NCBI GenBank assembly: GCA_963774955.1
Contig: CAVZGV010000006.1
Location: 159,224 to 223,223, forward strand
Length of the DNA stretch: 64,000 nucleotides
From: Candidatus Falkowbacteria bacterium
Lineage (GTDB): Bacteria > Patescibacteriota > Patescibacteriia > CAIXNZ01
Reading direction: 5' to 3'
Made by a program: the position numbers and the translations under genes. The number at the start of each line of letters is the position of its first letter. Position 1 is the stretch's first letter. The notes beneath the pieces are model-generated. The model was not told the origin of the DNA, searched no databases, and saw only the letters and a program-made list of their open reading frames with translations. This document shows positions 48,666 through 56,963 of the stretch, one piece after another.

Positions 48666-49673
48666 TTACTTGCCGTATTGTTTTTTATAATATTCTTGAT
48701 ATTCCCCTGATTTTACCCGTTGCCACCACGGTTCATTATTTTTATACCAGTCAATAGTTTGTTTTAAACCATCAGCCAAACTGACCAAAGGCTCCCAGCC
48801 CAATTCTTGCTTAGCTTTAGAATAATCCATCGCATAACGCAAATCATGCCCGGGGCGGTCTTTGACATATTCAATCATCTCCTCGCCGCTACCCATTAAA
48901 CCCAAAATCTTTTTAGTCAGCTCGATATTGGTAATTTCACTATTTCCGCCGAGACAATATGTCTGGCCGCTTTTACCTTTCTGAATAATAGCATCAATAC
49001 CTCGGCAATGATCGGCCACAAAAATCCAGTCACGCACATTTTTACCGTCACCGTAAACCGGTACTTTTTTATTGGCCATTAAGTTGGTTATAAAAAGCGG
49101 GATCATTTTTTCCGGGAAATGGTAGGGCCCGTAATTATTGGAACAATTGGAAATGGTAATGGGCAAGCCATGGGTGTAATGATAAGCCCGCACCAGATGA
49201 TCAGAAGCGGCCTTAGACGCTGAATAAGGGTTGCGGGGGTTATAATGGGACTTTTCAGTAAAAGGAGCGCCGTCAAGGCTTAAATCGCCAAAAACTTCAT
49301 CAGTGGAAATATGATGGAACCTGACTCCCCCGTTATTTTTGGCAGCATCAAGCAAGGTCATGGTCCCTTCGACATTGGTACGAATAAAATCCTTGCTAGA
49401 CATGACCGAACGATCCACATGTGATTCTGCGGCAAAATGGACGATCAAATCAACCTTGTCACTCACCAAGCCATTAACCAGTTCAAAATCACAAATATCT
49501 CCCTGAACAAATTTGTAATTGAGATTCTTCTCAATAGCCTGCAAATTCTCTGAATTACCAGCATAAGTCAGTTTATCCAGATTAACTATAAAATCATCAG
49601 GATGATTGTTCAGCCAGTAACGGACGAAATTGGAACCGATAAACCCGGCTCCGCCGGTGATAAGTAGCTTCAT
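48666..49673 (-). CDS. rmlB: dTDP-glucose 4,6-dehydratase RmlB
   Basis: MKLLITGGAGFIGSNFVRYW, catalytic YSASKAASD (YxxxK), and HFAAESHVDRS. Confidence 0.9.
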   Translation of the reverse strand: MKLLITGGAGFIGSNFVRYWLNNHPDDFIVNLDKLTYAGNSENLQAIEKNLNYKFVQGDICDFELVNGLVSDKVDLIVHFAAESHVDRSVMSSKDFIRTNVEGTMTLLDAAKNNGGVRFHHISTDEVFGDLSLDGAPFTEKSHYNPRNPYSASKAASDHLVRAYHYTHGLPITISNCSNNYGPYHFPEKMIPLFITNLMANKKVPVYGDGKNVRDWIFVADHCRGIDAIIQKGKSGQTYCLGGNSEITNIELTKKILGLMGSGEEMIEYVKDRPGHDLRYAMDYSKAKQELGWEPLVSLADGLKQTIDWYKNNEPWWQRVKSGEYQEYYKKQYGK

Positions 49674-49815
49674 AACGTTGTATAAGGTTTTATTAGGTTG
49701 TATGAGGTTATATTAGGTTGCCATTTAAGCAACTTCATATAACTTAATAAAACATTTTTATAAAATCATGCTATAATATATATAATTTATCATATTAATT
49801 TATTAAAATCAATCT

Positions 49816-50334
49816 ATGCAAACTGCAATACGCAAGGGCTTTAGTTTTGGCTTAACCTCCGGGGTAATTACAACCTTAGGCCTTATGGTCGGCTTAAACG
49901 CCAGTACTCATTCAGAACTGGTAGTTGTCGGCGGTATTATATCAATAGCCATTGCTGATGCTTTTTCAGACGCCCTGGGTATTCATATTTCAGTTGAATC
50001 TGAAGCTAAATATTCCAAAAAACAAATCTGGGCCGCCACTGTAAGCACCTTTTTAGCTAAATTTATTTTTGCTTTAACCTTTATTGTGCCTATTTTAATC
50101 TTCAGCAATACAACCGCTATTATTATCGGGTCTGTCTGGGGCATCTTACTGCTGGCAGTCTATTCTTTTTATTTAGCCAGGCGCCAAAAAATCCAACCCC
50201 ACAAAGTAATCGGCGAACATTTACTAATTGCCATTGCCGTCATAATTATTACGCAAGTTGTCGGCACCTGGGTAAGAAATACTTTTATAATAAAAAAAGA
50301 CCCCGCGTCGCGGGGTCTTTTTTTATTTAATTAA
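49816..50334 (+). CDS. Polytopic membrane protein (VIT/CCC1-like, tentative)
   Basis: 172 aa with 4-5 TM helices. The C-terminal residues are encoded through the terminator hairpin. Confidence 0.35.
   Translation: MQTAIRKGFSFGLTSGVITTLGLMVGLNASTHSELVVVGGIISIAIADAFSDALGIHISVESEAKYSKKQIWAATVSTFLAKFIFALTFIVPILIFSNTTAIIIGSVWGILLLAVYSFYLARRQKIQPHKVIGEHLLIAIAVIIITQVVGTWVRNTFIIKKDPASRGLFLFN
50298..50326. terminator. Bidirectional rho-independent terminator (agaccccgcgtcgcggggtct between A7/T7)
   Basis: Perfect stem. Overlaps the 3' ends of both convergent genes. Confidence 0.75.
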
Positions 50335-50778
50335 ATTCAAATCACCATTGATTACAATCGGCCGCATCCCCTTGATTTCCTCAAAATAACTGACGCCTTC
50401 GGGGATTGGGTTATATAAATAAATAGGCTTTTTTAACCAGAAAGCCACGCCAGCCTCCATCAAAGTATTGCCACCGATGTAATTCGTTACGCCGTTTTTA
50501 TCATAATTTAAAACTAAAATCACATCAGCCTTATCAACCTTTTCAAAATGCCACATTATGGCTTCATTTTTTCTTTGCCAAACCCAGTCTTCATTAAGAT
50601 TATTTTTCACGTCATTCTTACGTGTTTGATAATAGTCAAGAATTGAGACAGAATCTCCTTGATCATTTTTTACCCGATTAGGTGGAATTAAAACTTCATG
50701 ACCCATCTTTTCCAATTGGCTTTTAACTTCCAAAATCTGCGGATAAAATTTGATTGAAGCGCAAATAGTTATGATCAT
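50323..50778 (-). CDS. Nucleoside 2-deoxyribosyltransferase-like protein
   Basis: MIITICASIKFYPQ ... DVILVLNYDKNGVTNYIGGNTLMEAGVAFWLKKPIYL fits the Rossmann-like deoxyribosyltransferase / YtoQ-type fold. Confidence 0.5.
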   Translation of the reverse strand: MIITICASIKFYPQILEVKSQLEKMGHEVLIPPNRVKNDQGDSVSILDYYQTRKNDVKNNLNEDWVWQRKNEAIMWHFEKVDKADVILVLNYDKNGVTNYIGGNTLMEAGVAFWLKKPIYLYNPIPEGVSYFEEIKGMRPIVINGDLNLIK

Positions 50779-50789
50779 AATTCAAAATT

Positions 50790-51683
50790 TTAGACTTTAT
50801 TTTCACGCTGAGTTAGCACAAATTCTAAATCTTTTTCATACTGTTTTTTTCTTTTAGCTTTTTCCCCGATAAACTGTTTTTTACGTACTGCTAAAGATTC
50901 CTTTTCGGCAAAAATAGGGTTTTTGTCATGTTCAGCCAAAACCTCTAAAGCCTTATCTACGCCATTATAAAGTTTTTCATCTTTGGAAAATGGCTTGTCG
51001 TACTTTGTCAGATATGCAGTAACATGTTTTTGATCAACTACCCCTCTTAACATAACCTCGCCATGCCTTGGCCCAGCAATTTGTGAAACCATAGAAACTG
51101 GCACATCTAGAACTGCAACTACATTACCATACCTGGCTGCTTCATGGGGATCAGTAGTCGCGGAAACGAATGGAGAAACACCTGACCGTGAACTGCCTCT
51201 GGCATGTAAAAACTGCAATTGGGTAATAATCTCGCTGATAGGATTTCCTAAAATCACTCTTTTTTCAATTTTTGCTAAATCATTATCAAGATGTATTTTT
51301 TCATCAGGTTGTAATAACGGACGGACCCTTTCTACATATTTTAAAAATTTTTCATACGTAAGATTATTTGCCAATTCAGTGACTTCTTCTTTTAATTCTT
51401 GCAGTTTTTTTAAGTTAAAATCACCACTATGCTCAACAATTTTACGCAAAGCAAAAGGCAGCTGTTCCAAAATACTCCGGTCACATTTAACCAAACCACG
51501 ATAAACCCGAATCATTTTTTCCTTCGCAGGCTGATCTTTTTTTAAAACAATCACATCTTCAAAGATCTCATCATTTACTGAAAAATCATCATACTGAATT
51601 TGGGCCCGTGCTATCACATTCTTAACGCTGTTAGTAACAGCTGATTCACCCTCGATTTTTCTATCCTCAAAAATATTTACCAT
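50790..51683 (-). CDS. Hypothetical protein with ADP-ribosyltransferase-like R / S-x-T / ExE-like motifs (paralog A)
   Basis: IRVYRGL ... GVSPFVSATTDPHEA ... PRHGEVMLRGVVD. Order and composition resemble the R-S-E ART clade (compare C3 VYRR, STS, QLEVLLPRG). Confidence 0.35.
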   Translation of the reverse strand: MVNIFEDRKIEGESAVTNSVKNVIARAQIQYDDFSVNDEIFEDVIVLKKDQPAKEKMIRVYRGLVKCDRSILEQLPFALRKIVEHSGDFNLKKLQELKEEVTELANNLTYEKFLKYVERVRPLLQPDEKIHLDNDLAKIEKRVILGNPISEIITQLQFLHARGSSRSGVSPFVSATTDPHEAARYGNVVAVLDVPVSMVSQIAGPRHGEVMLRGVVDQKHVTAYLTKYDKPFSKDEKLYNGVDKALEVLAEHDKNPIFAEKESLAVRKKQFIGEKAKRKKQYEKDLEFVLTQRENKV

Positions 51684-51688
51684 ATTAA

Positions 51689-52207
51689 TTATCTATATCC
51701 AATTAAATCCTTATTATCTCTGATAGTCTTGGGCTCTAATTTTTCTGATTCCGCCGGATAGCCAAGTGGCAATAAAGCAATTGGTTTTAAATTATTCTTT
51801 AAATCGAGAGTTTTTCTAATACCTTTTTCCTTCTTATCATCTTCTGGCTTGTAACCTGATAAATAAACACTGCCTAAACCTAGATCGTAACTGGCTAAAA
51901 GGATATTTTGAGTTGCCAAGACACCATCTTCCACAAAACGTACCGGCGATTTTTCCAAATCAATACAAATTAAAATAAGAGCCGGGGCATTGATTATTAT
52001 CGGCCGATTATCTTCATGATCCAGCTCGGCTAATTTAGCTTTCAACTCCTGAGATTTTATAATAAAAAATTGCCAGGGTTGAGAATCATGGGAAGAAGGC
52101 GCATATTTAGCGGCTTCAATGATTTTTTCAATAATATCGACTGGAACTTCCTTATCGGAGAATTTACGAATTGAACGACGAGTTTTGATGCAATTTAGTG
52201 TTTCCAT
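51689..52207 (-). CDS. Nitroreductase-family protein
   Basis: METLNCIKTRRSIRKFSDKEVP ... YAPSSHDSQPWQFFIIK is the classic nitroreductase N-terminus. Confidence 0.8.
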   Translation of the reverse strand: METLNCIKTRRSIRKFSDKEVPVDIIEKIIEAAKYAPSSHDSQPWQFFIIKSQELKAKLAELDHEDNRPIIINAPALILICIDLEKSPVRFVEDGVLATQNILLASYDLGLGSVYLSGYKPEDDKKEKGIRKTLDLKNNLKPIALLPLGYPAESEKLEPKTIRDNKDLIGYR

Positions 52208-52256
52208 AGCATTAATAATGATTTAATCTTATTTTCCCCCTTAATTTTTTATTTCT

Positions 52257-53456
52257 TTACATCCCGCTTATTTGTTCCAGCACTTTTTCTTGCTTTTCAG
52301 AATCCTCCATTCTCCTTTTTTCGGTCCCAACTCTTTGCATAAGTTCAGCCAAAAACATTTCAGAAATATTCTTCTTGTCAATAATCTTAATTCCTAATTT
52401 GCCCGCAATTTCTTCTAGATACGAGCCGGGGTCATTCCCCTCATGAATGACACTTTTTAATTGAACCAACAGAGCATCAAATATTTCTTCTTTAGCTTTT
52501 GAATAAACATCATCATTTTCAGCCTGCAATTTATCAATATCTATTACAATTTGAGGAAATTCTTCTTTCAAGCGCTCGGTTCTTTTAAGTCTTACTAATT
52601 TCAAATCAATGGGCAGTTGTTTTTTATCAGCTTCATCTTCCTGAGCTAATTTTTGTTTTCTTAAAGCCACTGCCTCCTGTTCAGATACTTTTGGGACACC
52701 GATTTTCTGATCTAAAATCTTCATGGCCGTTGCCAGTTCCTGATAAAAATCTTCTGTTTTGGGATTCTGTTCATATGGCACAAAGGCTTTTATATATTTA
52801 GGATCCAAGGCCCCTTTTAAATTAAGCTCATGCCCCTCGACATTCATATCGGAAATCATTGAAAGAGGCACCTCAACAACCATCACCGCCTTGCCAAATC
52901 CAGTGGCATATTCGGCCTTCGGAACAAAAGAAATAAAAGGAGTCATACCCGAAGTAGCCTTTGCAGTACCTTCCAGTATTTGCATACGATTTATCTTATT
53001 CCTAACGCTCTCTCCTTCTAATACGCATTCTTCTACATTTCTCACCTTTTCCTCTAAGGATTTAATTTCTTGCGGTTCCAGTCTCGGCTTAGCCTTTTCC
53101 ACATAGTTTAGTAAATTCTCATATGTCGGGTTTTGAGCCAGATCATCAACTTCTGTTTTTAAATCATTCATAATCTCCAACTGCCTTTCACCGTTTTTTT
53201 CTTTAAAAGTACGCATAGCAAAAGGCACCTGCTCTAAAAGATTTTTGTCAATTTGATTAAGACCGCGATAAATACGGATAGTCGGCTCCTTTTCTTCAGT
53301 CTGCTGATCCAATATTATCAATTGATTAATATATTTTTGCGGTAAAGAGACGACCTCATGTTTAACTTTTTGCGCAGACAAAACAGCCTCAACCTGCTGT
53401 TTGATAGTTAAAGTCTGTTCTTGTCTAATGTTATTCTCTTGGGGTTGTTCTGACAT
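52257..53456 (-). CDS. Hypothetical protein, paralog B of 50790..51683 (ART-like motifs partly degenerate)
   Basis: IRIYRGL ... LEQVPFAMRTF ... GMTPFISFVPKAEYA ... EGHELNLKGALD. Shares blocks with paralog A. Confidence 0.35.
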   Translation of the reverse strand: MSEQPQENNIRQEQTLTIKQQVEAVLSAQKVKHEVVSLPQKYINQLIILDQQTEEKEPTIRIYRGLNQIDKNLLEQVPFAMRTFKEKNGERQLEIMNDLKTEVDDLAQNPTYENLLNYVEKAKPRLEPQEIKSLEEKVRNVEECVLEGESVRNKINRMQILEGTAKATSGMTPFISFVPKAEYATGFGKAVMVVEVPLSMISDMNVEGHELNLKGALDPKYIKAFVPYEQNPKTEDFYQELATAMKILDQKIGVPKVSEQEAVALRKQKLAQEDEADKKQLPIDLKLVRLKRTERLKEEFPQIVIDIDKLQAENDDVYSKAKEEIFDALLVQLKSVIHEGNDPGSYLEEIAGKLGIKIIDKKNISEMFLAELMQRVGTEKRRMEDSEKQEKVLEQISGM

Positions 53457-53469
53457 AAATATTAATAAA

Positions 53470-53937
53470 TTATTCTATATTCGCCGGCACTTTATAAACA
53501 TATTTAACCTTATGATATTCTTTTTCATACTGCGGATCACTAACTTTTTTAACCCCTGGTAATTTTTCTGCTGCCCTGATAGAAGCTTGATTATCTAAGT
53601 CAATAGTTAAAATCACCTGGGGTAAATTTAGCTTAGCCATTAGTTCATCAGTCAATTTCCTGGCTAAACCCTGACCTCGAAACTTCGGATCAACCACGTA
53701 ATGCAGGATATTTTGGTCCTGACCAATATCATAGACGCCGACAATGCCGACTTTGTCTCCGGTCGTGCTTAAACCAGTGAAATACTTCTGATTCTCATAT
53801 GCATCATTACCAAGGGCAATCCAACCCTCTTTACCCTCCAAAAATTCAAAATATGGCTTATCAAAATCAGCCAGTTCGCCTAATTCAATCTTTTTACTCT
53901 CTTTGAATTCGCCTTTCATAGAATTTTCAATATCCAT
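53470..53937 (-). CDS. GNAT-family N-acetyltransferase
   Basis: GQGLARKLTDELMAKLNLPQVILTIDLDNQASIRAAEKLPG shows GNAT motif A/B-like segments. Confidence 0.55.
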   Translation of the reverse strand: MDIENSMKGEFKESKKIELGELADFDKPYFEFLEGKEGWIALGNDAYENQKYFTGLSTTGDKVGIVGVYDIGQDQNILHYVVDPKFRGQGLARKLTDELMAKLNLPQVILTIDLDNQASIRAAEKLPGVKKVSDPQYEKEYHKVKYVYKVPANIE

Positions 53938-53939
53938 AT

Positions 53940-54347
53940 TTAATACTTATTAATATTTACTTTGCCCCTTAACCTTTTCTTTTCCGAAACATGTTTTTTT
54001 GATTCCAGCCTTTTTTCTTTGGAACTTCTGGTCGGTTTGGTCGCAATTCGTTTTTTCTCAGGGATCAAAGCCCAGTTAACCAACTGATTTAATCTATGGA
54101 TAACAACTTCCTTATTCTGCGCCTGGGAGCGTTCACTTTGTGAAGACATGATCAATTCACCCCTTGCAGTCAGCCTGCTGTGTAATTTGTGTAAAAGCAA
54201 ATGCTTCTGCTCAGGCGTTAAAATCTGGGAATTATAAACATCCCAGCGCAGAGTCGCTTTGGTTTCAACCTTGTTAACGTTCTGTCCTCCTTTTCCCCCG
54301 CTCCGGGAAAAAGTGACTTCCAGTTCTTTTTCCGGAATTATAAACAT
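53940..54347 (-). CDS. arfB: Alternative ribosome-rescue factor ArfB (peptidyl-tRNA hydrolase, GGQ domain)
   Basis: SRSGGKGGQNVNKVETKATLRW GGQ motif plus a basic C-terminal tail. About 135 aa. Confidence 0.8.
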   Translation of the reverse strand: MFIIPEKELEVTFSRSGGKGGQNVNKVETKATLRWDVYNSQILTPEQKHLLLHKLHSRLTARGELIMSSQSERSQAQNKEVVIHRLNQLVNWALIPEKKRIATKPTRSSKEKRLESKKHVSEKKRLRGKVNINKY

Positions 54348-54353
54348 AATATT

Positions 54354-54779
54354 TTAGGTTTCAGACTCAATCGCGTATTTGATCAATTGCGCCAGTTTTT
54401 CCGCCTCATCTGCGCTGTAACTCTTGCCTGGCCAGTGCTGGAGTCCGTCAGACTCTGTTCTGGGCACAATATGCCAGTGTAAATGATGGATAATCTGTCC
54501 AGCTAGCCTACCGTTATTAGCTTCCAAATTAAACGAATCTAAACCCTGAACCGCAATTACTGCCTTGGCGATTTTTTTTGTGGCAACGATCATCGCCTTT
54601 AATGTTTCGTCCTCAGCATCCAGCATATTGAATGAATGTTTTTTGGGTACCACCAGGGTATGACCGGGGTTAACAGGATGTATATCCAAAAAAGCAATTA
54701 CGTTATCGTCTTCATAAACTTTATTAGCCGGAATAATTTCCTTGATAATTTTACAAAATAAACAATCTTCGTTTGTCAT
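54354..54779 (-). CDS. HIT-family (histidine triad) protein
   Basis: C-terminal IHHLHWHIVPR histidine triad. Confidence 0.85.
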   Translation of the reverse strand: MTNEDCLFCKIIKEIIPANKVYEDDNVIAFLDIHPVNPGHTLVVPKKHSFNMLDAEDETLKAMIVATKKIAKAVIAVQGLDSFNLEANNGRLAGQIIHHLHWHIVPRTESDGLQHWPGKSYSADEAEKLAQLIKYAIESET

Positions 54780-54799
54780 AAAATTAAAAATTAAATAAA

Positions 54800-55426
54800 T
54801 TATTTTTCCATTGAATCAACTAATTCGGGGTAATTTATGCTGGTATATTGCCAATCTTCAGGTAAACCGTGCTTGATCTGATTATAAACAGTATAATCGT
54901 AATGAAAATCCCAATCCTTTTCCTGGTGTACAATGTTGTCATGGAAGCGGATTATGTGGTCATAGAATGATTTTTGCCATTTAAATTTTGGATGCGGATT
55001 GGGCTGACCAGAGAGGGATACAAATTGACTCCTAAAACTTTCAAACTGCTTGTCCGGATATTCGTAATCTTCGCGTCCACGTAGGCGACACGTCGGCGTG
55101 TCGCCTACGTTGGGGAGGTAATTCCCGAACGTGTAACCCATTACCACATTTATATCGCGAGAAGTATTTTCTTTCAATGACTTAATAATTTGTGAAATAT
55201 TAAAATGCTCATTGGGTCTAATTAACAAATTAACATGATCATAAATTATTGAAAAACCGTACAGTTTGAATCCCTTCAATTGTTTGCATAACTTTAAATT
55301 TTCCATGAACAAATCGCAAAATATTTGTTCCTTAAAATAAGGATAATTATCCTGCGTTTTTACCACAATGTAATAAACGGCATCTGGTACATATATTCTT
55401 TTGGGAGAATTTTTATGTAATGGCAT
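54800..55426 (-). CDS. IS200/IS605-family TnpA / REP-associated tyrosine transposase (RAYT)-like protein with degenerate HUH (HVN) and an in-frame REP palindrome
   Basis: YYIVVKTQDNYPYF N-motif. IYDHVNLLIRP in place of HUH. IKSLKENTSRDIN. WQKSFYDHIIRF catalytic-Tyr region. The REP core at 55081..55108 encodes VGDTPTCRLRG inside the ORF. Confidence 0.55.
   Translation of the reverse strand: MPLHKNSPKRIYVPDAVYYIVVKTQDNYPYFKEQIFCDLFMENLKLCKQLKGFKLYGFSIIYDHVNLLIRPNEHFNISQIIKSLKENTSRDINVVMGYTFGNYLPNVGDTPTCRLRGREDYEYPDKQFESFRSQFVSLSGQPNPHPKFKWQKSFYDHIIRFHDNIVHQEKDWDFHYDYTVYNQIKHGLPEDWQYTSINYPELVDSMEK
55081..55108. repeat. REP-like GTAG-headed palindrome gtaggcgacacgtcggcgtgtcgcctac (intragenic copy)
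   Basis: 28-bp perfect palindrome. Identical to the core at 55464..55491. Confidence 0.7.
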
Positions 55427-55456
55427 ATTTCATATATCTTCTACTTCGACGCACAC

Positions 55457-55498
55457 GATTCATGTAGGCGACACGTCGGCGTGTCGCCTACATGAATC
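55457..55498. repeat. REP-like GTAG-headed palindrome (extended 42-bp form gattcatgtaggcgacacg tcgg cgtgtcgcctacatgaatc)
   Basis: Immediately upstream of the RAYT-like gene start. Confidence 0.7.
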
Positions 55499-55502
55499 CC
55501 AT

Positions 55503-55955
55503 TTATTCAATTACATAAGGAGAATTTACATCCTTTTCCCACCTAATTTCATCAACCGCTTCTATCTTGCCCTCTCCCCGATATAATTTGTCCGGTAAAT
55601 TTATGGAATATGCGGGAATTTCAGAAATACATTTATATCCGTGAACCACACCAGGCGGGACCAAAACTCCGACCGGATTATTTTCTCCGACTTCAATTGT
55701 TTCCTGCTGACCAAAAGTTTTACTCCCCTGCCGATTGTCCCACAAATACAAAGTGAAATTACCCGGTCCCACAAAAATAAAAAAATCACTCTGAAACTTA
55801 TGTTCGTGCGGTCCGCGAATAACACCTGACTTGGTTACAGAAACATAACCCATAACCGGCTGATATTTAGCTTCGTCCTGACGATAAATTTCGGTCAACC
55901 AGCCGCGCTCGTCGCTAAATTTTTCTAACTTTTTTATAATTACTCCTTGTAACAT
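55503..55955 (-). CDS. dTDP-4-dehydrorhamnose 3,5-epimerase-like cupin (RmlC-like)
   Basis: 150 aa. RGPHEHKFQSDFFIFVGPGNFTLYLWDNR ... GVLVPPGVVHGYKC resemble the RmlC/cupin core. Confidence 0.55.
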   Translation of the reverse strand: MLQGVIIKKLEKFSDERGWLTEIYRQDEAKYQPVMGYVSVTKSGVIRGPHEHKFQSDFFIFVGPGNFTLYLWDNRQGSKTFGQQETIEVGENNPVGVLVPPGVVHGYKCISEIPAYSINLPDKLYRGEGKIEAVDEIRWEKDVNSPYVIE

Positions 55956-56326
55956 AAAATTGTGAAATAATTACTAATTATCACCGTGGCCAAACCGACT
56001 AAAATCGCCAGCCAGCCGATTTGTCTGGTCAAATAAGCCGTAAAAATTCCAATAAACACCGAGAACAGTATAATCGTAGAATAATCTAAAAAATTAAGCT
56101 TTTTAACTTCTTTCTGTTCGGGCTGAAAATAAAAAATCGTTATCACTCCCAAAATTATCAGACCAAACATCAGTAAGGACAAATTAATATAATTGGTAAC
56201 AATACGGGGTTTGATGATTTCCAGCACGGCAAATATGGAAAATAAAAAATAAAGGCCCAAAAAGACAGCCCTGGCAATGGCAAAAAGCAAATTTTTCATT
56301 TTCGGACTAAAATTGATTTTTAACAT
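55940..56326 (-). CDS. Small polytopic membrane protein (hypothetical)
   Basis: 128 aa, 4 TM segments. Confidence 0.4.
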   Translation of the reverse strand: MLKINFSPKMKNLLFAIARAVFLGLYFLFSIFAVLEIIKPRIVTNYINLSLLMFGLIILGVITIFYFQPEQKEVKKLNFLDYSTIILFSVFIGIFTAYLTRQIGWLAILVGLATVIISNYFTILCYKE

Positions 56327-56963
56327 ATTGAAAATAATTTAATAAATTCTGAAAAATATTATCCTGCCACAAGGGCTTTCTGCTTAAAATGACCCGGACA
56401 TTCTTCAAGTAAACGCCTTCGTCTTCTGTCTTTAAATCAGGAACAGATAACATAAATCGCAATTTGCCGTTATTTATATTCTTATCAGCCAGATCAAAGT
56501 CCACATTTTTAATTTTATAGTCTTTTGAGGCTACTGGCAAATCCTCCAAGGGCTTCAAATCCCAGCCCGCTTCGCCGCGAGGCGAGCCGGTTTTCATATT
56601 CGGTCCCAGAGAGATTTTATAACCAAATTCATTTTGATATTCAAGATAAACGGTCGCTTTTTCAAAATTACGCGGTAAATATAAATCAAAATAAATTGGC
56701 TCTGCTTTTACATAATTTATATCAGTCATGGTCACCCTATCTTGCGGTTTTAAAACGGAAAAATACGGGGTAAATTTCAAAAAATCAGTGCTAACTTCCA
56801 GCTTGCCATTCCAGGCTAAATCCATAGCCAGTAAAAACAAAATCACAGACAAAACGCCCAATCCGACAAAAAGCATAATAATTTTACTAATCACCCTGTT
56901 CAGATCCATAATAAGGATAAATAATTTTAAATAATCGCTCCTTTTCGTTAATATCAACGCCAT
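56307..56963 (-). CDS. Membrane-anchored hypothetical protein
   Basis: N-terminal TM, 218 aa. Confidence 0.4.
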   Translation of the reverse strand: MALILTKRSDYLKLFILIMDLNRVISKIIMLFVGLGVLSVILFLLAMDLAWNGKLEVSTDFLKFTPYFSVLKPQDRVTMTDINYVKAEPIYFDLYLPRNFEKATVYLEYQNEFGYKISLGPNMKTGSPRGEAGWDLKPLEDLPVASKDYKIKNVDFDLADKNINNGKLRFMLSVPDLKTEDEGVYLKNVRVILSRKPLWQDNIFQNLLNYFQYVKNQF

